This document shows, piece by piece, positions 25,201-35,359 of a stretch of DNA of 64,000 bases (its first letter is position 1; each line of letters opens with the position of its first letter). The translations under genes were made by a program, and so were the position numbers. This stretch comes from Macrostomum lignano (Eukaryota). The notes below the pieces were generated by a model that searched no databases, was not told where the DNA came from, and worked only from the letters and a program-made list of their open reading frames with translations. The DNA lies in assembly GCA_002269645.1 (NCBI GenBank), contig NIVC01003416.1, positions 1 to 64,000 on the forward strand. The letters run 5' to 3'.

Positions 25201-28200
25201 GATCAATAGAATGACCGGAAGTGATTAGCAGAGGCCTAATCTACTCGCAAATTTACATTATACTCGCAAATGCACTCACTGAGGCACTCGAAAGTCTCCA
25301 AGCCCTGGCTAAACGGCCGCTGGTAGCCCCTGTGCCGGACGAAGATCCAGCGCCAGCCCAGCAACAAGATGAAGCCGACGCCTAGCACGGCCGCGATGCT
25401 ACCGACAACGACGCCGACAGCAACGGCGGGCGACAGATTTGAGTCGTCATTGTCAGTCGCCGATTCGCCATTCTTTCTTCTCCCGCCAGGAAATTTGCTC
25501 CAGGCTCGGCCGAGGCCGCCAGCTTCGTAATCGCTGATCGACACCGAAGCGTCTGCTGGCTCGGATCGGTCGCCGAAATAGCGCCGATGCTCAGTGTCGT
25601 AGCTGGACTTGCCGACGGCTTGAATCCACAGGCGGATCCGCAGCTGGTCAGACAGACCGACAGTCGATTGTCCGATTTTGTCCGTTATGAGTGACAGGCT
25701 TCTGGTCAGCTCACGTTGGGGCAGCAGCAGCTGCAGGCGGGAGAGGGGGCAGTTTAATGCCGGTTTAATCACGATTATGAAATCTATGATTATGAAATCT
25801 ATGATTATGAAATCTTTGATTATGAAATCTGAGATTATGAAATATATGATTATGAAATATATGATTATGAAATCTTTGATTATGAAATCTGAGATTATGA
25901 AATCTATGATTATGAAATCTATGATAATGAAATCTATGAACTATGATTATGAAATCTATGATTATGAAATCTATGATAATGAAATCTATGATAATGAAAT
26001 CTATGATTATGAAATTTATGATTATGAAATCTAGCTCGTATGATTATGAAAGGACTCACGCAGATTCTCTCAGTCGTTGGCCGGCAGCTAACATGAGTGG
26101 CAAGTTTGCAATCACAGTTAGACAGCTGATCCAATGTGAGCGGCACATCCCAATAAGACGGTGGCAGCTCTAAGCCGGAATTAATAACAAACAGCCAGTA
26201 GACCCGGTAGGTCAGCATGTAAATTGGGAAGCTTTTATCATCCGCGGTGTCGCGAAATCCCACAGGTTTATGATCCCAGGACAGTAGCAGGCCGGCGCGA
26301 GCCTTGGCCGGTGACGCAGTGAAATTAATTGGCGCAGTCGGGGCGCCCGGATCTGTCAGCACCGGCGTTGGCGAGGATTCCTCTCCGACCCTTGTAGTAA
26401 CGATGGCCGCACTCAACAAGTAGCTGGTGTACGGCTTCAGCCCGGTGACGCTCAGGTTCACAGCGTCTGGACCGAAGTTGCGCTCGAACACTATGGACTT
26501 GTTGCTCTGCAGGTACACGAACAGTCTGTAGCCGTTGAAGCGGCCGTTGACGCGGCCTTTTGGCGCGCAAGAGGCCGTCAGGTTCACGTCGAAGATCGAC
26601 AATTGATAGAGGAGCAGAGTGGGCGCGGGCGCGACTGTGGGAGTAAGAAGATGAGGGACTTGCTGCTGACCCTGACTGCTTCTGGCTTAGTCTCTGGGTG
26701 GCGGCGGTGAGGGCGATTCTCTTTGGGAGGTGAGGGCGATTCTCTTTGGGAAGTGAGGGCGACTCTATTTGGGAAGTGAGGGCGATTCTCATTGGGAAGT
26801 GGGGGCGATTCTCTTTGGGAAGTGAGGGCGATTCTCTTTGGGAGGTGAGGGCGATTCTCGTTGGGAAGTGAGGGCGATTCTCTTTGGGAGGTGAGGGCGA
26901 TTCTCTTTGGGAGGTGAGGGCGATTCTCTTTGGGAGGTGAGGGCGATTCTCTTTGGGAGGTGAGGGCGATTCTCTTTGGGAGGTGAGGGCGATTCTCTTT
27001 GGGAGGTGAGGGCGATTCTCTTTGGGAGGTGAGGGCGATTCTCTTTGGGAGGTGAGGGCAATTCTCTTTGGGAGGTGATGGCGATTCTCTTTGGGAGGTG
27101 AGGGCGATTCTCTTTGGGAGGTGAGGGCGATTCTCTTTGGGAGGTGAGGGCGATTCTCTTTGGGAGGTGAGGGCGATTCTCATTGGAGGTGAGGGCGATT
27201 CTTTGCCGGAGTTGAGGGCGATTCTCTTTGGGAGGTGAGGGCGATTCTCTTTGGGAGGTGAGGGCGATTCGTTGCCGGAGGTTAAAACGATTCCCAAGTT
27301 TGTGGTCGAATAAATAGATCAGATTTAAATAGTGTGGTTGAAATTTCTCAAATTTTGCTGGCAACAATCCAAAAAGCAAAGAATGGCACTCACGTCCGTC
27401 GGTAGTATTGAAGTCGATCGAGCCGGCTGAGCCGGATTCAGCTCCGTTGGACACTGAATATAACAGTCGGTAGCGGCTGTACGGCTTCAGGTCGGTAAGG
27501 GCGCGGGTCTGTGGAAAAAAAACAATCGACGTGATTTCCGTATACCGAGTTTGCGAAAGAACAAAATTAAAAGCGGAAACTGTGGTATTCAATTAATGGA
27601 CGATAGTACGAAGACCTAGAAAAATTTACGGACACAAGTTAGACATTTGAACGGGACGATATTCCGGAAAGTAGACGGAGACAATTATCGGACAGAACTA
27701 TTTAGGCAGAACATCAAATGAAACAAAGAAATACTTACAGTAACGATACTGTTATTAAATTCTTCAGCCGCTATGACAATATTTTTTTGCGCCTGTGAAC
27801 CGGCCGACAGACGGCCGGGGGCCTCCAGATGCCAGAGCAGACGCGGCTCCAGTCTGACCAGTCTAAACTGTCCAGCCATCTTGTCCAAGGCGATATGGAA
27901 GCGCAATACCGCCATTGTATCGTTAACAGAGTGCAACTCAACTCTGAGTGCGCCCGGTTCAGGCGAGCCTTCTAAAGTTCTGTTGCAAACGGACTCAGTT
28001 GAGGGGCCCCTGCCGGCTGCATTGACAGCCAGAACAGACAGACAGTAGACCTTGTGCGGACTGAGATTACCGATCAGCAGCTTGAGCTTAGAGCTGCCGT
28101 TCAGCCGGAGCCCGGAGCCACTCAGCTCGTAGCGCAGCAACTGCAAATTACCGTTGCTAGCCGGAGGACTCCAGTTGGCAACCAGGGTATCCGACGAAAT

Positions 28201-29857
28201 CGGGGTCAATCGAAGGTCAGTGGGAGCTGACGGCTTGTCTGAAATTGACGGATGAATTATCAAAGTACATGTACTCAGTTAGAATACTGCACCTGCGAAA
28301 TCGTTCCGTTATCTATCGATTCCGAAATGCACCAGCTTATTTCTAAGATAATAAAGTGTAGCGAGCGCCCTTCTACTTTAGTGACTGAGTTCATAAAAGC
28401 TTCAATTCATTACAGCTAACAGGGTTTTGGGATATTGGGATTGGAATAGGAATCCCAGGATTTGGGATTGGAATAGGAATCCCAGGATTTGGGATTAGAA
28501 TAGGAATCCCGGGATTTCGAGATATTGGCATTGGAATTGGAATCCCGGGATTTCGCGATTGGAATAGGAATCCCGGGATTTTGAGATATTGGGATTGGAA
28601 TTGGAATCCCGGGATTTTGATATATTGGGATTGGAATAGGAATCCCAAGATTTGGGATATTGGGATTGGAATAGGAATCACGGGATTTTGAGATATTGGG
28701 ATTGGAATAGGAATCCAGGATTCGGGATTAGAATAGGAATCCCGGGATTTCGAGATATTGGCATTGGAAACGGAATCCCAAGATTTGGGATATTGGGATT
28801 GGAATAGGAATCACGGGATTTTGAGATATTGGGATTGGAATAGGAATCCCAGGATTCGGGATTAGAATAGGAATCCCGGGATTTCGAGATATTGGCATTG
28901 GAAACGGAATCCCAAGATTTGGGATATTGGGATTGGAATAGGAATCCCGGGATTTTGAAATAATGGGATTGGAATAGGAATCCCAGGATTCGGGATTAGA
29001 ATAGGAATCCCGGGATTTCGAGATATTGAGATTGGAATTGGAATCCCAGGATTTCGCGATTGGAATAGGAATCCCGGGATTTGGGATATTGGGATTGGAA
29101 TAGGAATCCCAGGATTTGGGATATTGGGATTGGAATAGGAATCCCAGGATTTGGGATATTGGGATTGGAATAGGAATCCCAGGATTTGGGATATTGGGAT
29201 TGGAATCCCAGGATTTCGCGATTGGAATAGGAATCCCAGGATTTTGGGATATCGGGATTGGAATCATGGTCCCAGGATTCGGATACTGGGATTAAACTGG
29301 ATATTCCAGGATTTTGGGAATTGGGATAGAATCTAGAAATGGGGATCCCGTCCTACCTCGAATTAAAACCACACTCCATTAACGTCACTCACCTTCAACC
29401 AGCAGCCTGGTGTGGCCAATATACAGCAGATTATCGATGTACACTCGACACTTGTACCAACCGCCGTGACTAGCATTCACTAATCCAATCTTTAATCCGG
29501 TCTCCGGTCGATCAGCATCGCCCAGTCGAATTCCCAACTGTTCTGACATCCTGGCGCAGTTCCGATCGCTGGCGCCAGCTCTGTCTGGCAGGTAGACGTG
29601 GCAGGAGCCGCTGCCGACGCCGCCATCATCTGGCGCCACCTCCCAGGCAACCAAAGTGGGTTTCTCGCCAGAGGTGAAAATAATATAGCGAGACACGGAG
29701 CAGTTTATACCATAGTCAAGCGTGCCAGCCCGAACTCTTTGAACTGCGGTTTCGTTTTGCATCAAAGTGGCATTGGCTTGGAGCTGCAGCTCGTTCACTG
29801 CGGCCACCAGGCCTATAACCAGCAGGAGGCACTGCTCGGGATTGGGATGAGAGATTT
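4413..29857 (-). CDS. Ptp99A: Receptor-type protein tyrosine phosphatase, PTP99A/PTPRG(R5)-like; 16 coding exons (about 4040 nt, about 1345 aa), 5' start exon not resolved
   Basis: The exons listed below join in phase at GT-AG sites. Architecture: hydrophobic signal-like stretch, Ig domain, FN3 repeats, TM, then D1 with [28 protein letters not shown], then D2 with signature VMDMYGGSYAG (Cys replaced by Asp) followed by [28 protein letters not shown], resembling Drosophila PTP99A D2 from recall. Exact orthology is inferred, not searched. Confidence 0.9.
4635..4955. repeat. GA-rich low-complexity tract
   Basis: (gaga/ggaga)n; explains the Leu/Ser ORFs here. Confidence 0.9.
5083..5218 (-). CDS. 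RPTP D2 exon
   Basis: [33 protein letters not shown]; acceptor cttctcag|G, donor AAG|gtaaga. Confidence 0.9.
5306..5509 (-). CDS. RPTP D2 exon
   Basis: [26 protein letters not shown]; donor AT|gtaagt. Confidence 0.88.
5566..6404. mobile_element. TIR element (second family) hosting MITE copy 2
   Basis: TIR cccattgaaaacggtacc / ggtaacgttttcaacggg; internal homology to 7766-8226. Confidence 0.55.
5881..6281. mobile_element. MITE with nested TIR pairs (copy 2)
   Basis: Collinear with 3667-4099 and has the same TIRs. Confidence 0.7.
6480..6721 (-). CDS. RPTP D2 exon
   Basis: [27 protein letters not shown]; donor AG|gttagt. Confidence 0.88.
6790..7064 (-). mobile_element. tRNA-derived SINE
   Basis: Minus strand reads gcagcctagtggtcagagcgtcggactc (A box) ..ggggttcgaattc (B box), then tgtgtccttgagcaagacactt and gtaaactgggtgccagc, the body motifs typical of invertebrate SINE2 families. 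Confidence 0.7.
7127..7203 (-). CDS. RPTP D2 exon (77 bp)
   Basis: [25 protein letters not shown]. Same size and phase as the D1 77-bp exon. Confidence 0.9.
7536..7626 (-). CDS. RPTP D2 exon (91 bp)
   Basis: [22 protein letters not shown]; donor A|gtaagt. Confidence 0.88.
7766..8226. mobile_element. TIR element (second family) with 3-bp ATT target-site duplication
   Basis: att|ccagatgaaaacggtacc ... ggtaccgtttttaaccgg|att. Confidence 0.6.
8281..8566 (-). CDS. RPTP D1 exon (P-loop and Q-loop)
   Basis: (S)[32 protein letters not shown]; acceptor ctcag|C, donor CAG|gtgcga. Confidence 0.93.
8725..9840. repeat. 21-bp minisatellite AAATCCAGCTACTTCCGGTT(A/C)
   Basis: Direct tandem periodicity. 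Confidence 0.95.
10789..10822 (-). repeat. Interstitial telomere-type (TTAGGG)5; second run at 12982-13011
   Basis: ctaaccctaaccctaacc... Confidence 0.9.
11215..11920. repeat. GA-rich low-complexity tract
   Basis: Purine-only plus strand. Confidence 0.9.
12086..13413 (+). mobile_element. Non-autonomous Helitron-like element A2 (diverged, shorter relative of A1)
   Basis: Collinear homology to A1 (actaaagttg..ttgaaacttatatggg..(CTAACC)n..cggagaggattt). Same 3' module with hairpin tcctcc-agc-ggagga then CTCG|T. Confidence 0.65.
13879..13958 (+). other. tRNA-like (pol III promoter-like) module followed by a T7 run; copies at about 17467-17547 (+) and about 63010-63090 (-)
   Basis: B box GGTTCGAATC within a T-arm ctggg-ttcgaat-ctcag; anticodon-like arm (ctgga-ctgctaa-tgcag in the 63-kb copy). 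No acceptor stem, so not a functional tRNA. Confidence 0.5.
14010..16710 (+). repeat. 22-bp satellite AAAGAGCCACCATGTCAAACAT(A/T), array 1
   Basis: More than 100 diverged tandem units. Confidence 0.97.
16750..17181 (+). repeat. 18-bp satellite GGGGATGCTTGCTATCTG, array 1
   Basis: Tandem periodicity. Confidence 0.95.
17598..20897 (+). repeat. 22-bp satellite, array 2
   Basis: Same unit and variant order as array 1, with extra internal duplication. Confidence 0.97.
20938..21485 (+). repeat. 18-bp satellite, array 2
   Basis: Tandem periodicity. Confidence 0.95.
21660..21946 (-). CDS. RPTP D1 exon (WPD loop to HC)
   Basis: [27 protein letters not shown]; donor AG|gtaagc. Confidence 0.93.
22031..22210. 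repeat. (CTAT)n microsatellite
   Basis: Seen directly. Confidence 0.98.
22244..22378 (-). CDS. RPTP D1 exon (135 bp)
   Basis: [36 protein letters not shown]. Confidence 0.92.
22462..22538 (-). CDS. RPTP D1 exon (77 bp)
   Basis: [17 protein letters not shown] with canonical splice sites. Confidence 0.92.
22612..24410 (+). repeat. 30-bp minisatellite AATGCAACAGCACTTCACTCCATAGACACC with 810-bp higher-order repeat
   Basis: About 60 units; cctaggg variants recur at an 810-bp offset. Confidence 0.97.
24427..24690 (-). CDS. RPTP exon: wedge region and start of D1 (KNRY)
   Basis: Acceptor tttaacag|CC, donor T|gtgagt. [20 protein letters not shown]. Confidence 0.9.
24920..25225 (+). repeat. About 30-bp minisatellite built on TGACCGGAAGTG
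   Basis: Repeated aatgaccggaagtgaggtcaaagatgatc. Confidence 0.85.
25280..25730 (-). CDS. RPTP exon: juxtamembrane region and transmembrane helix
   Basis: Acceptor ctgcag|CTG, donor A|gtgagt. [28 protein letters not shown] followed by basic RWIFVRHR. Confidence 0.88.
25772..26050. repeat. 15-bp minisatellite GATTATGAAATCTAT
   Basis: Fills almost the entire intron 25731-26059. Confidence 0.95.
26060..26634 (-). CDS. RPTP exon: FN3 domains
   Basis: Acceptor cccacag|TC, donor TGC|gtgagt. [38 protein letters not shown]. Confidence 0.9.
26707..27281. repeat. 23-bp minisatellite GGGAGGTGAGGGCGATTCTCTTT
   Basis: Tandem periodicity. Confidence 0.95.
27394..27508 (-). CDS. RPTP exon: FN3 C-terminal half
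   Basis: Acceptor ttccacag|ACC, donor C|gtgagt. [23 protein letters not shown]. Confidence 0.85.
27739..28238 (-). CDS. RPTP exon: FN3 domains
   Basis: Acceptor tttcag|AC, donor ACT|gtaagt. [37 protein letters not shown]. Confidence 0.9.
28425..29345. repeat. Complex minisatellite with core GGGATTGGAATAGGAATCCC
   Basis: Core recurs every ~20-40 bp with variable linkers. Confidence 0.9.
29393..29857 (-). CDS. RPTP exon: end of signal peptide and Ig-like domain
   Basis: Acceptor ctaacag|AA, donor G|gtgagt. [12 protein letters not shown] is hydrophobic; [15 protein letters not shown] is an Ig pattern. Confidence 0.85.
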
Positions 29858-29914
29858 CTGTTAGTTTAGCATGCACATGGATACTATGCATAGACACACA
29901 AAGGATTCAAATAG

Positions 29915-30065
29915 TGGCCCTGACTATCTCATTGTCAGGCCCTGACTATCTCATTTTTATCAGGCATATTGTCAGGCCCTGACTATCTTATTGTCAGGCA
30001 TATTGTCAGGCCCTGACTCTCATTGTCAGGCATATTGTCAGGCCCTGACTATCTCATTGTCAGGC
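29915..30065. repeat. Short array cattgtcaggccctgactatct
   Basis: About 5-6 units. Confidence 0.8.
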
Positions 30066-33000
30066 ATTATGCACACTGCTGTGCCAATGGAAGTTGGCTC
30101 CTGGTAGGCAAGAAACAAATGAAGACAAAAATAGTGTCAGCTTGTTCTTGAATATGAAAGCTAGGGTCATTCTGAAGATTTTTTCTTGAAAAGAATTAAA
30201 TACAAACTTGTAATTAAGGATCATCAAAGTTTACTTTATTGAACAAGGTCAAGTTATATTCAGTAAATATATCCTAAATAACAGATTAATAAGACTTTGT
30301 TGCTAATTAAAATTACTTACTTTTGAATTTACTATAAGATCAAATATTTTATAAAAAGAAATTGAACTAAATATAATATCTAATGACTTATGATATTCAA
30401 TCAATAGAAGATGTGACAAGATATATCTAGCAAAGTTGTCAACATCTTATAAAACTTGCATTATATTATAAGCTATTATAATCTTTTGCAATCAAAACAT
30501 ACAATTTGACCTATTTAAATCATATAGTTTAGATCATAGTAGGCATAAGCCTATGCCAGAATAAAAATTCTAGGCCTTAGTTTTTTGTAGTATAGGGTTT
30601 TGAGTAGTATTCCACCATAAGGAGGGTCCATCGTCCATATACCGTAGCTGTAGCCATAAGCAAAACTACGGCTTATTCCAATTCTCCATATTCTATAGCT
30701 GTAGGGACCTTGAAATTACTATATTCTCATAGTTCCCATAGCCGTAGTTTTAATAAAAAGTCTAGAAAACAAAATATTTTAAACCAAGAAAATAACCTAG
30801 TGCTTAAACAACTGCAAATTAAGTTAGAAAATAAAAGAAACACTTGATTGCCTTTGTAAGATTATATTTTGTCTTTTTTCAGAGCAACAATACTTAATTG
30901 TTACTGAAAGTACAAATGCCAAACTTTTTCACATTAATAAAAATTAGAGTTTGCTAGTGTTTTATTATACTTTTTAGGTATATTTTATAAGTTTCTAGGT
31001 TGATAATACAGTTTACTAAAAGTATCTTTGTTTTACTCTACCTGTTTCTAATATTTTTTCAATTTTTTAACATTAATAACTATGGCTATGGAAATCTATG
31101 GAATGTGACAGCAACTACCATATTTCCATAGTCATAGCCATAAGAGCAGCTAGCTACTGTAGGCATATCTATAGCTGCCATAGGCATCTATTTTACCATA
31201 TTTGTCATAGGATCCTGTAGCCGTAGCTACAGCTATGGCAAAAAACTAGTTTTAAGGCCTTTACTAATACTGGTTATATATCTTTTTTGCAATATTTAAA
31301 AAATAAGACTTTTACTAAATTTAAAATATTTATATCTTCTATAAGTTTTTATTTTTTGTTTCATTTTTATTTTCTGTTACTTTCATTTTAATTTTTGTTT
31401 TTTAAACAAATATTTTCTAATATAAGGCCAATAGGCCTAGTTTAAAATTACAAATAAGCCTATGGATATATGGTATATAATTTTTAAATAGTACCAACTT
31501 ATAACTATGACTTAGCTTGACTTAGCTGCAGGGGGCTCCATGCATCCGGAAACAGCGAGGAGGCAACTTATAACTATAAATATAATATACTTTTTCCTAT
31601 GAAAAAAATGAATTTTTAGGATAAAAAATGTTTTAACCTTTTATTACCCAACCTTAAATAATTAGGGGCCTAAAGCCATTTTGTAATGTTGTTATTGTCC
31701 TCTATTAGAATTTAGATGCAGATCTAAAAAACTAAAAATCCTAAACTTTAAAAAGCTCTATGGAGACTCTAACAATAATAATAATAGGCCTATTCTTTTA
31801 GGTCTAAATAAAATTAAAAAAATGTGATATTAGAAACTATATTAATATATTTTTTTAATTCAACTTCTAACTAAAACTTTGAAATGAAAATACATAGGAG
31901 TGAGCTTAAAATAGATTATTTTACTTACTTGAAAATATAATAACTGATTTAAAAATCCCATGCTGTTAATGCATGGATATCTATCAGTTGTCAGTATGCT
32001 ATGCTGTTTATTAAATTCACAGTTACCAGCATAACATTGTCAGCAAATCATACTCAAAAGGACAATTTACCCAGGCCTAATAAGCCTTTTTTTATAGTTT
32101 AAGATACTTTATATCATTGAGACCAGCACACACATTTGCTCTTCTAAGTTAGGTCTGTTTCAAGTTTTTATGATCTAATTATTAGATAGGACACAAATAT
32201 ATATAGGCCTGTTTTTTACATTCTAACTTCTAAGCCGACAAACTGTGGTATGCAACAAAATGCTACTTTAAGAAAAAAAACGAATTGAAAAGTCAAAATC
32301 AACCTTAGGCCTACTACTAGGCCCAGTATAATTAGACTATGCCTATCTAAAAGTTCTAAGTTTGCTCTCGTGTAACATGGTGATTTTAACTTTTATTCCC
32401 TGTGATTCAATTGTTTTCGCTTAACAAGAAACAAAAAAGTTAAACAAGCATTTGTAATAGCAATCAGAAAAAAGTGTATAAATACTATCGTGGCAGCTCT
32501 GTAAGACGGTTTAAAAATATAATTCGAAAACTAAAGACTGTGAGTTTAAAAATAACAAAATCTAAAAAATGACTCATCGATCAGTCAGTCCATCGATACA
32601 TGCAAGAGCAGAGCATGCTACTTACAGTAGCGCATACGACTGATTTTTGGACGTAGACCGTTGCCTTACTGTGGGCAGATTTTATACTAGGCATTCGGCT
32701 AGCTTAAGTTTTTTTTTCATTTTATTACTTTTATATAAATTTAATAAAAAATTGTTCTTTAATATACAATCTAGTACAATCTTGCTTTAAAAGAGCAACT
32801 CAATTCCGATTACTGATATACATGGTATAGTCGTAAGTCGCGACTTGATCTATAGTTTTATTTTTTTTAAGTTCTAAATATCGAATCGAAATCAGTGACA
32901 GAAATTTGAGCTTTACTTTTTTCTCTGAAAGTGAGATATCTCATTAGTTCTGGTGCGGTCGATTTTTGTGTGGCTTCACTGCTTATTCACTGCATGCCCG

Positions 33001-33444
33001 GTCATCAGCTCAAGTTTAAACGATCGAACAGAATAAGAGTTCTCAGCTCTAATCACCCAAAACCTCTGGGTCACCACACTATTAGTCCAGTTACCCCCTG
33101 CCCCGGCAGAGGTTACAGGGAGCGATAACAAAAAAGGTATTTGGAGTTGCAGCCGGAGGAGGTATCTACATGCTATCTGCAGAACTTCCCTACATGTAGC
33201 TGGGCCTTCCAGAATCTTCCCTAAGCCCTTCGCTGTAGCTGCGGTTGGGCAGAGTTAACGATGTTAAGCATCGGGGAGAGATAAAGAGCCAAACTAAAAA
33301 AAATCACCCTTTTAGGCGAGGAATTGGGTGTGGGTTAAAGAAACTAATACGAGCGTAGCTATAAGTGCAGTGAGTGGCGCAGCCATTGGGGCTGCAGCCT
33401 CCGCAATCGGCTGCCCGACAGTACATTGCGTCTTTTTTAATGGT

Positions 33445-34008
33445 GCTGTCGCCCCGGTGCTGGCGCCCCGGTGCTGGCGCCCCGGTGCTGGCGCCCCGGT
33501 GCTGGCGCCCCTGGTTCTGGCGCCCCTGGTGCTGGCGCCTGGCGCCCCTGGTGCTGGCGCCTGGCGCCCCTGGTGCTGGCGCCCCTGGTGCTGGCGCCCC
33601 TGGTGCTGCGCCCCTGGTGCTGGCGCCCCTGGTGCTGGCGCCCCTGGTGCTGGCGCCCCTGGTGCTGGCGCCCCTGGTGCTGGCGCCCCTGGTGCTGGCG
33701 CCCCTGGTGCTGGCGCCCCTGGTGCTGGCGCCCCTGGTGCTGGCGCCCCTGGTGCTGGCGCCCCTGGTGCTGGCGCCCCTGGTGCTGGCGCCCCTGGTGC
33801 TGGCGCCCCTGGTGCTGGCGCCCCTGGTGCTGGCGCCCCTGGTGCTGGCGCCCCTGGTGCTGGCGCCCCTGGTGCTGGCGCCCCTGGTGCTGGCGCCCCT
33901 GGTGCTAAAACTCAGGTGCTAAAGCCCCTGGTGCTAAAGCCCTGGTGCTAAAGCCCTGGTGCTAAAGCCCTGGTGCTAAAGCCCAGGTGCTAAAGCCCCT
34001 GGTGCTAC
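33445..34008. repeat. GC-rich 15-bp minisatellite GGCGCCCCTGGTGCT
   Basis: Near-perfect tandem array. Confidence 0.97.
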
Positions 34009-34019
34009 CTAAAGGATCT

Positions 34020-34255
34020 TACAGGTGCTGATCTGAGGGCTCTTGCAGGTGCTGATCTGAGGGCTCTTGCAGGTGCTGATCTGAGGGATCTTACTGGTGC
34101 TGATCTGAGGAATCTTACAGGTGCTGATCTGAGGGATCTACAGGTGCTGATCTGAGGAATCTTACAGGTGCTGATCTGAGGAATCTTACAGGTGCTGATC
34201 TGAGGGATCTACAGGTGATGATCTGAGGGATCTACAGGTGATGATCTGAGGGATA
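34020..34255. repeat. About 22-bp array caggtgctgatctgagggatcttac
   Basis: Tandem periodicity. Confidence 0.9.
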
Positions 34256-35359
34256 CTGAATCTTTTTGATGGGAATTCGACACTGGCCTAACGTTGGTCG
34301 CAACGCTCCGACAGAACCTTACAATTACGAGCTAGATTAGAAATTTAGAACTAAAGCTCTGACTGTGCGCAATCAGTAGCGCAAATAGCACAATTTTTAC
34401 ACATTTACAGAACTTATACACTTACATATCGACGCATTTGTAGCTATTCGATTGCTTATTAAGGTCCCAATCGTCTTCTTTATCGACTGCTGATCTGGTG
34501 GTCAATGATTTTTCAGCTTGCTCTGGCGAGAGTCTCAACTAGCATGAGCTGCTCAAGGGTTGGTTTATCAAGGAATCGAACTCCGAGTCGCTGTGCAGTC
34601 ATCGGCAAACAACTCAAACCCTGATTGGTTCAGATTTCGGAAATTCGTTTTCAAAGAGACAGAGAGAGAGGCTATGTGTAGCAGGTAAGCACTGCATAGG
34701 TAGGCAAAGGTACAAAGGACGCCCAGCTCTGTACGGCAAGCGGATGCTGTGTGAAATGATGGGGCAGTTGAGTTTCTTCGCTAACGGGCAGTACCGGGGA
34801 TCGGGAATTCGATTACTTTGCCTTCGAGTTGCCGCGAGTCCAGCCTCTCATCATCTCTCACCGCAGTTTTATATTCCCTTCTGTCCGACTGTGTCAGCCT
34901 TGGAAAGAATTTCTGCTTCTAATACCAGCGGCCTCCCTGTCGGCAACACTCACCCGCGATGACAGGCCCAGAAGGCCCAGAAGGCCGATTGTATGCCTTG
35001 AATCGAGTCAAATTTAAATTTAGAAGTATCTGTGCAGTACTCACGCAGGCAAGTTGTTAATGAAGCACAGTTGATGATGACAGGGGATCAACAAGGAAAA
35101 AATCCCTTACTTAACAACAGAAGTGTAGCTGAGATGAGCTGTTTAACTAACGAGCCGCTTAATGGCTTTAAAAGGGCACCCAGCTGGTAACCATAGCGAT
35201 TAAAAAGCCAAGGCGTACACAGCTGTCTCTATAAACGCATTCGTGTGCGAGCTCGGGGTTTAAGCTGGCTACGGGTCACTGTCAACTCGATTTTCGGCAC
35301 TGAAAGTTTTTCACTAGCGAAATCCATAGCAACCATCACGCTATTAATACGACGTAGGT

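Noticed and set aside
28425-29345. CRISPR-like appearance (palindromic core with variable linkers)
   Set aside because: Linkers are not unique spacers, spacing is irregular, there are no cas genes, and the context is a eukaryotic intron. The same applies to all other arrays here.
32621-32635. ATG CGC TAC T|gtaagt as the RPTP first coding exon
   Set aside because: Splicing to the 29857 acceptor creates T+AA = TAA.
33328-33951. (PGAGA)n silk/elastin-like ORF
   Set aside because: All three frames are open because of a pure 15-bp GC repeat; there is no ATG or signal context.
34660-34690. Strong plus-strand donor gcag|gtaagc after a GA run as a distant non-coding first exon of the GPCR
   Set aside because: It is about 10 kb upstream and cannot be linked without transcript data.
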